From the NCBI GenBank assembly GCA_002710785.1, contig PAMC01000006.1, positions 1-33,320 of the forward strand: 33,320 nt of DNA, in the 5' to 3' direction. Numbering within the stretch: position 1 is the stretch's first letter; each line of letters opens with the position of its first letter. Position numbers and translations under genes: made by a program. The notes beneath the pieces are model-generated. The model was not told the DNA's origin and made no database searches. It worked only from the letters and a program-made list of their open reading frames with translations. The stretch is from a bacterium (lineage in GTDB: Bacteria > Patescibacteriota > Minisyncoccia > Phycocordibacterales > UBA918). Below are positions 1 to 8,515 of the stretch, one piece after another.

Positions 1-24
1 GTGGGATCACACCAATTTTTTAAG

Positions 25-59
25 ACAAAAAGCCAACTCATACAGAGTTGACTTTTTGT
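25..59 (-). terminator. Intrinsic terminator downstream of tRNA-Glu (possibly bidirectional)
   Basis: Inverted repeat acaaaaag(c)caactc / gagttg(a)ctttttgt with A and T tracts. Confidence 0.65.
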
Positions 60-71
60 AAAAATATTGTG

Positions 72-143
72 TGACCCCACGGGGAATCGAACCCCGATTT
101 CCAGGATGAAAACCTGGCGTCCTAGCCGTTAGACGATGGGGCC
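72..143 (-). tRNA. tRNA-Glu(TTC), CCA not encoded
   Basis: Reverse complement folds as a cloverleaf: GGCCCCA/TGGGGTC acceptor, CCAGG-TT-TTC-AT-CCTGG anticodon arm, GGTTCGATTCC T-arm. Confidence 0.97.
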
Positions 144-258
144 GGACGATGCTTTCGCATCGTCCGGCCCCCATCATTACGACGAGCTGTGACGCGCGAA
201 AACGTGCGCCAAATCATACCAGATCGCCTAAAAAAATCTAGCCTCGGGCGCACCATAG

Positions 259-289
259 CCAAAAACACCCGCCGAAGCGGGGTTTTTGG
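259..289 (-). terminator. Intrinsic terminator with C(UUCG)G loop
   Basis: Minus strand CCCGC-TTCG-GCGGG followed by TGTTTTT. A T-tract is also present on the plus strand. Confidence 0.75.
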
Positions 290-500
290 TGCCGGAGCAC
301 CGATACTGCTGGGATATGGGCGGAGAACCGCTCGCTGTGGGGTCGTACCACCACCACACCACATCACGGAGCCTCAGACCTCCAAGTGGCAACGTTCGTG
401 CCGTGAGACTCTCGGTACGCACCAGATCGATACCGAACCGTTGGATGCAACCGCCGAAGCGAATTGGACATTCCCACACTCACAAGTAATTGTGAATGTA
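259..500 (-). ncRNA. Candidate structured ncRNA of unknown family (~240 nt)
   Basis: Bounded by a sigma70-like promoter (506-533) and the terminator (259-289). Contains several stems visible by eye and no convincing ORF. Confidence 0.4.
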
Positions 501-505
501 CGTAC

Positions 506-533
506 ATAGTAGCGGACCTACACGACCCGTCAA
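506..533 (-). promoter_or_regulatory. Sigma70-like promoter
   Basis: Minus strand TTGACG (533-528), 16-nt spacer, TACTAT (511-506). Confidence 0.5.
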
Positions 534-629
534 CGCACGATGCCAATCGATGGCTGCAGGTTGACAGATGTAGCTTGAGAAATAGTTGCCGTCTTGTCAA
601 TCGAGTAAAAATGGTGGCCGAGAAGTGAC

Positions 630-697
630 TTTCTCACAGCTTTTTCACCAAAGTTTTGTACGGGGTTATACAACAGTTATACACAGACTTTTACACA
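630..697 (+). promoter_or_regulatory. Cluster of co-oriented DnaA-box-like 9-mers
   Basis: TTATACACA 677-685 and TTTTACACA 689-697 match TTWTNCACA. Degenerate copies start at 630, 641 and 666. Confidence 0.45.
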
Positions 698-723
698 ATG
701 GTGAGAAATAAAACTCGGACGCG

Positions 724-918
724 TCAGAGGCGCGCCCGGAGTTCTCCTGGGGTAAGGTTGGTCTTCGCTAGGAGAATATCCTCATGAAGGCCGACCCAAC
801 GTTCCCACTCAGGCAACGAGAGGCCATCAGCCGCTTTGTTACCTGAGTAAAGTGTTTGATACTGCGCAAAGACCGCTTGGAGAAGCGGGCATGCGCATTT
901 TCCTTCACAATGCACCAT
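724..918 (-). CDS. Small hypothetical protein (64 aa)
   Basis: ATG preceded by a strong SD-like AAGGAG, 20 nt downstream of the glmS stop. Confidence 0.55.
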   Translation of the reverse strand: MVHCEGKCACPLLQAVFAQYQTLYSGNKAADGLSLPEWERWVGLHEDILLAKTNLTPGELRARL

Positions 919-937
919 GACCCGTCTCCTTTCTCTT

Positions 938-2773
938 TTATTCTACCGTAACTGACTTGGCCAGGTTGCGTGGCCTGTCGACATTGAAGCCTTTCTTGGT
1001 ACCAACGTAGTACGCGAAAAGATGGAGCGGTATAACGCTGATAATTGGCTGCAGGAGTGGGTGTACCTTTGGCACCTCAATCACATCGTCGGCCAAACGA
1101 GCCGCCTCAGTGTCGCCCTTATTAACCACGACAATCAGCGGTGCTTTGCGAGCTTTAACCTCTTCGATATTGGAAACCGTTTTTTCGTACACGCTGTCGT
1201 GCGGTGCTAGTGCCAGTACCGGAAAGTTCTCGTCAAGAAGCGCGATCGGGCCGTGCTTAAGCTCCCCGGCCGCGTAGGCTTCGGCATGGATGTAGCTAAT
1301 CTCTTTGAGTTTAAGCGCACCCTCAGCAGCAATTGGTGCGTGGCTGTGTCGACCAATAAACATCATGTGCTCATACTGGGCGTACTTCTCTGCCACCGCT
1401 TTTACCTGCTCGGCAGTTTTAAGTACCGTTTCGATAGCTTTGGGTAGTGCCGTAAGTGCGTCTACGAGCTCGGCACTCTGCACGCGCGAGAGGTGCTTAC
1501 TCTCGCGCCCAACCAACATGGTAATAAGCGCGAGGACCACTAACTGCGAAATAAATGCTTTGGTCGACGCTACCGCCACCTCGGGTCCTGCGTGGTTATA
1601 CACCCCAGCGTCGGTCTCACGCGCAATGGTGGAGCCAACCACGTTAACTACTCCCAGGGTGAGCATGCCGAGCTCTTTGGCTTCGCGTACAGCGGCAAGG
1701 GTATCGGCGGTCTCGCCCGACTGGGTGATGGCCAAGAGTGCGTGATTTTTCTCGGGCCAGTTGGTTTTGTAGCGGTACTCGCTAGCGAGCTCAACCTCCA
1801 CCGGAATACCAGCGTACTCTTCGAGCCAGTAGCGAGCCGTGTGGCCAGCCAAACACGCGGTGCCACAGGCGGCAATCGTCAGACGTTTGAGGCTTGTGAT
1901 CTCAGGTAGGAGCGGCTCGAGTCCACCGAGCTTGGCGTTGTCGCTCAGCAAACGTCCGCGCAGTGTGTCGCGCACGACCTGCGGACCTTCCATAATTTCT
2001 TTGAGCATGAAGTGCTCAAAGCCACCTTTTTGTACCGCTTCGGTGTCGCCCTCGATGGTTTCGGGCGCGAGCTCTCGTGCCGTGCCCTCCAAGGTCGCGA
2101 CGTGGTAGCTGGTGGCCGTGAGGTGCGCCACATCACCATCATCGAGGTAGACCATACGCTTGGTGTACGGCAGGAGGGCTGAAGAGTCTGAGGCGACGTA
2201 GTGTGCATCTTCGGCCACGCCAATGACGATTGGACTACCAAGCCGAGCAACCACAATCTCGTCCGGGTGCGCAGCGTGCATGGCCGCCAGGCCGTACGCA
2301 CCGCGTACCATGGTGAGCGCGCTGCGCACCGCTTTGAGCAGATCGCCCTCGTAATGAGCGCCAATTAGCTTCGCGAGCACTTCGGTGTCGGTGCGAGTAC
2401 TAAACTGCATACCCTGGGCTGAGAGACCTTCTTTGAGACTCTGGTAGTTTTCGATAATGCCGTTGTGCACGATATGAAGCTGCTCGGTCATGTCGGTGTG
2501 TGGGTGTGCGTTCTCGACCGTTGGCTCGCCGTGCGTTGCCCAGCGCGTGTGGGCAATGCCCGAAGGACCAGCAAAGGCTTCGCCTTTGCTGGTCACCTCC
2601 TCCTCTAAGTTAACAATCTCCCCTACGGCCTTAACCAGCCCACCCTCGGGGCCCGCCACAAACATACCGGCTGAGTCGTACCCGCGGTACTCAAGTGCTT
2701 TCAAGCCTGAGAGCAGTACGTCCACCGCTTGTGTACTATTTGTCTCGCCCACTACTCCGATAATTCCGCACAT
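938..2773 (-). CDS. glmS: Glutamine--fructose-6-phosphate aminotransferase (isomerizing)
   Basis: MCGIIG N-terminus (start moved to ATG 2773), EYRGYDSAG, HTRWATHG, SQSGETADT-like motif, C-terminal PRNLAKSVTVE. Confidence 0.99.
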   Translation of the reverse strand: MCGIIGVVGETNSTQAVDVLLSGLKALEYRGYDSAGMFVAGPEGGLVKAVGEIVNLEEEVTSKGEAFAGPSGIAHTRWATHGEPTVENAHPHTDMTEQLHIVHNGIIENYQSLKEGLSAQGMQFSTRTDTEVLAKLIGAHYEGDLLKAVRSALTMVRGAYGLAAMHAAHPDEIVVARLGSPIVIGVAEDAHYVASDSSALLPYTKRMVYLDDGDVAHLTATSYHVATLEGTARELAPETIEGDTEAVQKGGFEHFMLKEIMEGPQVVRDTLRGRLLSDNAKLGGLEPLLPEITSLKRLTIAACGTACLAGHTARYWLEEYAGIPVEVELASEYRYKTNWPEKNHALLAITQSGETADTLAAVREAKELGMLTLGVVNVVGSTIARETDAGVYNHAGPEVAVASTKAFISQLVVLALITMLVGRESKHLSRVQSAELVDALTALPKAIETVLKTAEQVKAVAEKYAQYEHMMFIGRHSHAPIAAEGALKLKEISYIHAEAYAAGELKHGPIALLDENFPVLALAPHDSVYEKTVSNIEEVKARKAPLIVVVNKGDTEAARLADDVIEVPKVHPLLQPIISVIPLHLFAYYVGTKKGFNVDRPRNLAKSVTVE

Positions 2774-2783
2774 ATACAAACAT

Positions 2784-2811
2784 TATTACATAGCGTCTGT
2801 GCTATGTAATA
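2784..2811. promoter_or_regulatory. Perfect 11-bp inverted repeat just upstream of the glmS start (operator or hairpin)
   Basis: tattacatagc-gtctgt-gctatgtaata. Confidence 0.4.
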
Positions 2812-2842
2812 CCTCCAAAGCGGGTAATGGGTTGCGTATGCA

Positions 2843-3166
2843 CTATGCGTGACTACCTCGCTCGCGAGCAATTTGAATATTTTCATCCAAAGTGACGTCA
2901 AAGTAGTCTTTATCAAATTCAGTAAATACTTCCGTCCGCAGACTCAGTTTTCTACACAACAAATCAAATTCGCCAGTCGTTAGAAATTCGCTGTCTTTGT
3001 GGTAGTTAAGAATGTGAGAAGTGTAGTCGAGTTTTAACTGAGGCAGCCGCTCAAAAAATGCTTCGAGCCGATGCTGCAATTCACCCGCGTCAAGGCCCAC
3101 AACGGGGACCAGTCGATACTGTGCGAGTATTCTCTCTTGCGGCGATTGTGGTTTCTCTGGTGTCAT
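2843..3166 (-). CDS. Hypothetical protein (107 aa)
   Basis: ATGA overlap with the stop of the upstream gene, protein-like composition. Confidence 0.7.
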   Translation of the reverse strand: MTPEKPQSPQERILAQYRLVPVVGLDAGELQHRLEAFFERLPQLKLDYTSHILNYHKDSEFLTTGEFDLLCRKLSLRTEVFTEFDKDYFDVTLDENIQIARERGSHA

Positions 3167-4308
3167 TGATACTGAATATACACCGGTTCGGGATGCAATC
3201 GCAAGGCTTCGGCCGGCGTGTAGATGCCGGTACTCGGTGGTTTGAGATCGTTTTTGTAGAAGATCTTGAGTCCCACAAACTGCACCGGCTCTGGCTCAAT
3301 CACCCGAGTGTACGTGCCAAGTTTAAGCTCCTTCGAGCCCCATCCATCCATATGAATCACGACCTGCACCTCTGGTGTCGGCTGAATATCTTGGTAGTTG
3401 GTAACCATATTTTGGGTAAAGCGGTGTACCACAAGCACCTTTGGTGGTAGCTGATGCTCGCGCACAATCTCCGAAAGCCAGTTGATAGCGAAGTTAATAT
3501 CTTTAGCATCATACGTGCCAATCACCGTCGCTGGCGCTCGACCTGATGGCGCCATGGCAAACTCCGGGTCAATCCCGAGATGCACATCGGGGCGGGTAAA
3601 GTACTCTCGAAACTGCGGCAACTCCCGCTGAATGGTGCTTAAGCCCACCTGCAAATCAAGAAACAGAATACCGTCGATCTCCTGCGCCATGTCGTAGGCT
3701 AGCTCAATCTGGTCGGCCGGCATAACCGCGCGGTACATGCCGTCTTCGCCCGCATCAGCTTGCGCCACCATGGCAATGTAGTGTATGGCTGGTACGACTG
3801 GTGTGTCAGGGTCGGCTGCCTCCCAGGCAGCGGTGGTACTCGCCAGGCGATTGAGCACCGTCTGGCGGTCAAACTCACCCAAAATACCCATAAACCGAGA
3901 GTAGAAGTTACCGTAGTACGCTACGATGCGCTCAAATGGCAAAATGGCTCCGCCGTGCGGGTACAGATTCTCTGGTGGCCAGCGTTTCCCCCGCACGGTC
4001 ACGTTGCTGCTACTGGCAAATACTAGGTCGCTCACCAGCGGCGTCGAAGTAGAGGTGGTCGCACGCACGGGTGGCACGTAGTCGACCAAATCAAGCAAAC
4101 GAGCATTGTACTCCTCACGATCGAGCTCAAGCGGCCACACAATTGGTGCCATCTCACCCGTCGTTGTTGAGGTAGCAGCGACGCCATTCTGCACGGCCGC
4201 CAGTTTGTGGTACTCGACACCCGAAAACAGCGCGTGCCCGGCAGCGTAGAGACTGCCCACAATGAGCGTGGTAGTGGCTATCATCACGGCTAAGTAACCT
4301 AACGGCAT
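3163..4308 (-). CDS. Membrane-anchored extracellular hypothetical protein, possibly glycoside-hydrolase-like
   Basis: N-terminal TM helix, Thr-rich linker, conserved-looking YYGN..MGILGE, LDLQVG, GIDPEF, HRFT and MDGWG motifs. The fold is inferred. Confidence 0.8.
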   Translation of the reverse strand: MPLGYLAVMIATTTLIVGSLYAAGHALFSGVEYHKLAAVQNGVAATSTTTGEMAPIVWPLELDREEYNARLLDLVDYVPPVRATTSTSTPLVSDLVFASSSNVTVRGKRWPPENLYPHGGAILPFERIVAYYGNFYSRFMGILGEFDRQTVLNRLASTTAAWEAADPDTPVVPAIHYIAMVAQADAGEDGMYRAVMPADQIELAYDMAQEIDGILFLDLQVGLSTIQRELPQFREYFTRPDVHLGIDPEFAMAPSGRAPATVIGTYDAKDINFAINWLSEIVREHQLPPKVLVVHRFTQNMVTNYQDIQPTPEVQVVIHMDGWGSKELKLGTYTRVIEPEPVQFVGLKIFYKNDLKPPSTGIYTPAEALRLHPEPVYIQYQ

Positions 4309-4346
4309 ACGCAGATAGTACCACGCATTTTATTGTTTTTTTGCGT

Positions 4347-6131
4347 CTACTCCTGCAAGAAGCCGCCGGCTTGGTGTTCCCAGAGGCGTTGGTAGGTGCC
4401 GCCGGCGTGGGCGAGGTCGGTGTGGGTGCCATCTTCCACAATTTGGCCGGCCTCAAGCACCAAGATGCGATCCATTTCTCGCAGGGTTGAAAGCCGGTGC
4501 GCAATGGCGACCACGGTCTTCCCAGCCATCAATTCGTGCAAAGCTTTTTGAATTGCTACTTCGCTTTCGGAGTCGAGGGCTGAGGTGGCCTCGTCGAGTA
4601 CCAAGATTGGCGCGTCTTTGAGCATCGCGCGCGCAATCGCTACCCGTTGTTTTTGCCCACCCGAGAGCTTAACGCCTCGCTCACCCACTAACGTGTCGTA
4701 CCCTTCCGGCAGCTCACTAATAAAGTCGTGTGCTTGGGCTTTTTTGGCTACTTCGATAATTTCCTCCTCGGTGGCATCTGGTTTGCCGTAGGCAATATTT
4801 TCGTGAATGGTGCGGTGGAAGAGGAGTGGCTCCTGCGGCACCACCGCAATATGCTCACGTAGTGAGTCCTGTGTGACCGTGGCGATGTTTTGTCCGTCAA
4901 TTTCAATGACGCCGCTGTCTAAGTCGTGCTGGCGCAGCAAGAGCGAGACAAACGTGGTCTTCCCTGCCCCCGACGGACCAACCAACCCTACCCGCTGCCC
5001 CGGTTCGATGGTGAGGTTGAAGTTATTGAAGACGGCATTCTCACCATACTCGAACGTTGCATCATGCCAGACCACCTTACCGCCTGCACCAACAAGCTCT
5101 GGCGCACCTGGAGCATCAATGATCTCGTGATTTATTAGAGTTTCATCTAGGCCTTCTTGAGCTTGACCGTACATCTTGGCTGTATTACTCAGAATACGCC
5201 CAAGAAAGATGACCATGTGTGAAGTGTAGGTAAGTAGTAGGATGAAACTGAGCAAACGCCCAGAGGTAATCTCTCCCATTAACCAACGGTCTATCATCAC
5301 GGAGAACATTATTACCGCAAAGCCGGTAAAAATAAGTGAGTTGATGACCATCATGTACTCAGAGTAGAGAAATGAGCGTGTGCCTTTACGGTAGACATCA
5401 CTTGTCTGCTCACGTACATTGACTCGCTCTTCCTTGATTTTGGTGTATTGACGTACTGCTTGGATATTCGTAAAAATATCAACGAGATATCCCGTTGTCT
5501 TGGACTGCGACTGAGCGAGCTCCAGTGAAAACCCTCGCTTACGCGGTAGTAAAAGCATGTTGACGATGACACTGAAAATGATCAGTCCAAAGTAGAGTAC
5601 CCCTACGACAAGGTCTGTCGCCAAAAAAATTATCCCTGTCACGACTAGTGGGATTCCGCTCTCGAGATAGCTCCACAAGAACAAGATTGCAAACTCCTCA
5701 TTTGCACGTGCGACATTATTTATCTTGTTACTAATTGAGCCAGCAAAGCGATTAGAAAAATACGCATGGCTGTGTCTATTTACATATTCCGTCAGCACAT
5801 TCACTGACGAACGAGCAACGCCCAGCAGCCAGCGAACACCAGTAACACCGCTCAAGCGCCACACAATCGATAGTCCGAAAAAGACAACTGGATACGCAAA
5901 AACCCACAGCGATACTTCCAAATAATTTTGCGCTTCAATGTTGTTGACGATCACCTCGACCAGGAGCCGCATTGCCACTGAACCTGACGCGGCAATAATC
6001 ACAAATGTCGAAGAGAGCAGGAACCACAGTCGGTACTGCCGTGTCACGTACCACAAAAACCGCAGCGGGGTGTTCGGGATCTAGCCGGTGTACTCAGGTT
6101 TGTTATTTTTTTCTTCTACACGATTCACCAT
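4347..6131 (-). CDS. ABC transporter, fused permease/ATPase (MsbA/MdlB-like). Reading frame from ATG 6131 is interrupted by TAG at 6081-6083
   Basis: GPSGAGKT Walker A, LSGGQKQR signature, [11 protein letters not shown] Walker B and a TM domain. Uninterrupted ORF 4347-6056. Confidence 0.92.
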
Positions 6132-6145
6132 ACAATAATACACAA

Positions 6146-6173
6146 TGCTGGCAGGCCCATGGGCCTGCCAGCA
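6146..6173. repeat. Perfect 28-bp palindrome
   Basis: tgctggcaggccca|tgggcctgccagca. Confidence 0.9.
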
Positions 6174-6212
6174 AAGAACGTACTTACAATAGACGCTTAA
6201 ATTAGGTCTTTC

Positions 6213-6557
6213 TTACTGCATCGATTGCTTTTGACTTTCGAGCTTCTGAGCAAACGCTACTAGAAAAGCCGCCTGATTAGCCTCGGCCACGCCTTCTGGC
6301 ATCAATTTTTTAAGAAACGGTGTATTAATTAAAACTTGTTCTGCTAGCTTCACTTGTTTCTCTGCGTCAGTCATTTCTACCACTCGTACTAAAAAGTCTC
6401 CCTCACCTCCAAGAGCTGCAGCCAGCTGACTTGATAAAACTGCATTTTCGGCCAGACGAGCTACTTCTTCAATTTTCTCAGCTGCACCACCCTCGCCCCG
6501 TGCACGTTCGTACTGCTCTGCCGGATCTAAATATTTATTCTGCGGCATGATTTCCAT
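6213..6557 (-). CDS. Hypothetical protein (114 aa)
   Basis: ATG start, Glu/Ala/Lys-rich helical composition, fills the intergenic gap. Confidence 0.75.
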   Translation of the reverse strand: MEIMPQNKYLDPAEQYERARGEGGAAEKIEEVARLAENAVLSSQLAAALGGEGDFLVRVVEMTDAEKQVKLAEQVLINTPFLKKLMPEGVAEANQAAFLVAFAQKLESQKQSMQ

Positions 6558-6636
6558 ACTTTTTTGATTTTATTTTTTACACACAGATTATATCATTTAC
6601 CGACTTTGTTCGAACTAAAGATGTTAACATGTATAC

Positions 6637-7335
6637 ATGCAATCTAAGTGGTCCTATTTAAAACCAGGGGCGATTAGGTTACGCAAGTTAGGTAAGTCGC
6701 TTCCTTATGTACATAAAAAACTTGGGATACCGAAGTCAACTCTTAGCTATTGGTTTAAAGACATAGAATTAACCAAAAAACAAAAAGAAAGATTGCATCA
6801 AAATTGGAAAAACGCTCTAGTCACCGCCCGCAAAGAGGCCGCTAAGTGGCACCGTGCCCAAAAGGCGCAGAGACTAGAGACAGCACGAACCGAGGCCTTA
6901 CGCACACTCGAGAGACTTAACATCAGCGACAACGACACCTTGGAAATTGCCTTGGCACTCCTCTATCTTGGGGAAGGGTCTAAAAAGAAGGTCGAAACAG
7001 CTCTTGGTAGTTCTGATCCCAAGACATTGCTGTTTTATGTAACAGCGCTCGAGCGCCTCTACGGTGTGCAAAGAGACACCTTGCGCTGTCAGCTTTATCT
7101 GCGAGCTGACCAAGACGCCGACAAGCTAAAACGATACTGGTCCAGAACACTACACATGCCGCTTTCGTGTTTTCGCTACGTACACCACGACACACGCACC
7201 GTCGGACGAAAGACGTATGCAGATTATAACGGCGTGTGTAGTATTGCCGGTGCCCCGGTGGCCATACAGCGAAAATTAGTGTATCTTGCTCACGGTTTTC
7301 TTGATACAATCATCGAAAATCAAATGTCCGGTTAG
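6637..7335 (+). CDS. HTH plus LAGLIDADG-like domain protein, tRNA-associated
   Basis: N-terminal HTH (LRKLGKSL..VHKKLGIPKSTLSYW), ALLYLGEGSK LAGLIDADG-like helix, SSDP, YW and GVC motifs. Stop codon lies inside tRNA-Val. Confidence 0.75.
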   Translation: MQSKWSYLKPGAIRLRKLGKSLPYVHKKLGIPKSTLSYWFKDIELTKKQKERLHQNWKNALVTARKEAAKWHRAQKAQRLETARTEALRTLERLNISDNDTLEIALALLYLGEGSKKKVETALGSSDPKTLLFYVTALERLYGVQRDTLRCQLYLRADQDADKLKRYWSRTLHMPLSCFRYVHHDTRTVGRKTYADYNGVCSIAGAPVAIQRKLVYLAHGFLDTIIENQMSG

Positions 7336-7398
7336 CTCAGATGGTAGAGCGTTTGCTCGACACGCAAAAGGTCACAGGTTCGAGCCCTGTACCGGACA
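7326..7398 (+). tRNA. tRNA-Val(GAC)
   Basis: GTCCGGT/ACCGGAC acceptor, TAGCTCAGATGGTAGAGC D-arm, TTTGC-TC-GAC-AC-GCAAA anticodon arm, GGTTCGAGCCC T-arm. Confidence 0.95.
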
Positions 7399-7410
7399 CC
7401 GTAGTAAACT

Positions 7411-7446
7411 AAAACTCACCGAGTATTACTTGGTGAGTTTTTGGTT
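7411..7446 (+). terminator. Intrinsic terminator after tRNA-Val
   Basis: aaaactcaccgagta / tacttggtgagtttt stem with T tract. Confidence 0.75.
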
Positions 7447-7584
7447 TAGTAAGCAAACTGCTTTGCTTATGGGCTGCGGTGACAGCCGGAGACATGTTTT
7501 TGCGCCTAGCCTAGCGCAAAAACAGTCGAGGCCGGGGAGAAAGTTCTTATGTGCGTAAGCGAATTAGAAACTTGACCCACACAA

Positions 7585-8457
7585 CTATTCCGCCGTTTTG
7601 GCTGCTTTAATGGCAGACTCTTTAGTTCGAGCGATAAACAAATAGCGATCTTTGTGGCAGAAAATTGCGTCCGCAATTCCTGAAACGGCTGCTAGCTCCT
7701 CATCACGCAACCCTGCCCAGGCTTCAGGAAAGCGTACTCGGGTGAGGTACTCAGTCTCACTAACCTGCACACCAACTGCAGACCAACCAGGATTATCATC
7801 GAAACGGGGTACCACTACCATGTTCACTTCTTCGTGTTGAACAAACTCACTACGTGGCACATACTCATCGCTCACTAAAATACTTTGTCCTGCCGAACGC
7901 TCGTATAACTCGGCGGCTTTCTGTTTTAAAACCTCTTTGATTTGTCTACGCTGTATAACTCGTTCTAGGTAGGCTCGGGCAACATCCACTGCCTGTAAAA
8001 ACTGTGTGTCCATGTCTTCGCCCTTCGTTGGTTCTGCACGCCATGTCTGCAGAATGTCATCCCACTCAAGTGGTGGTAAATCAAACTGACCAGGTTGCCA
8101 AATGTTGAGTGCGTTATCACTGGCATCGATTGGCACACAGAGTTTCTCTTCGATCTTGTCTGCTACCGCCTGCGAGCCACAAATTTTTTCACCGAAGTGC
8201 TTCCACACCAACCCAAAAGCGGCGTACGGAATACCATTTTCACGCACTGGTGCACCGGGTTGATGGTGGTCGAAGCGGTTTTGGGCGGCGTCGTAGACGC
8301 CACCCACGTCTACCACATAATCACCAGTGGCAATGACTGCCTCATCGCGCGACCGAATAACTTCAAGGTTTTCTTTCCCTAACAACAGCTGCAGCGTCGC
8401 TACGGCAAATACGTCATCGGCATGAAAGCTGCCACTGTGAGTCACGATTGTTGTCAT
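7585..8457 (-). CDS. MYG1-family (UPF0160) DHH-like exonuclease/hydrolase
   Basis: THSGSFHADDVFA, VVDVGGVYD, RFDHHQ, FPEAWAG and FCHK motifs. Confidence 0.92.
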   Translation of the reverse strand: MTTIVTHSGSFHADDVFAVATLQLLLGKENLEVIRSRDEAVIATGDYVVDVGGVYDAAQNRFDHHQPGAPVRENGIPYAAFGLVWKHFGEKICGSQAVADKIEEKLCVPIDASDNALNIWQPGQFDLPPLEWDDILQTWRAEPTKGEDMDTQFLQAVDVARAYLERVIQRRQIKEVLKQKAAELYERSAGQSILVSDEYVPRSEFVQHEEVNMVVVPRFDDNPGWSAVGVQVSETEYLTRVRFPEAWAGLRDEELAAVSGIADAIFCHKDRYLFIARTKESAIKAAKTAE

Positions 8458-8515
8458 GTCGACATACTACCGTACCTGCTTTATTTTCAAAACTAGTACG
8501 GTATAGTGATGATCT

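Noticed and set aside
122-600. ORFs 122-367, 189-509, 228-479, 286-489 and 364-600
   Set aside because: They overlap the tRNA, terminator or promoter, lack initiation signals and have atypical composition.
2774-2842. glmS ribozyme upstream of glmS
   Set aside because: Only about 70 nt of intergenic space and no recognisable ribozyme core. Only a simple inverted repeat is present.
6081-6083. Genome-wide stop-codon reassignment
   Set aside because: TAG ends valS and mltG, and TGA ends other ORFs. Conserved genes contain no internal stops.
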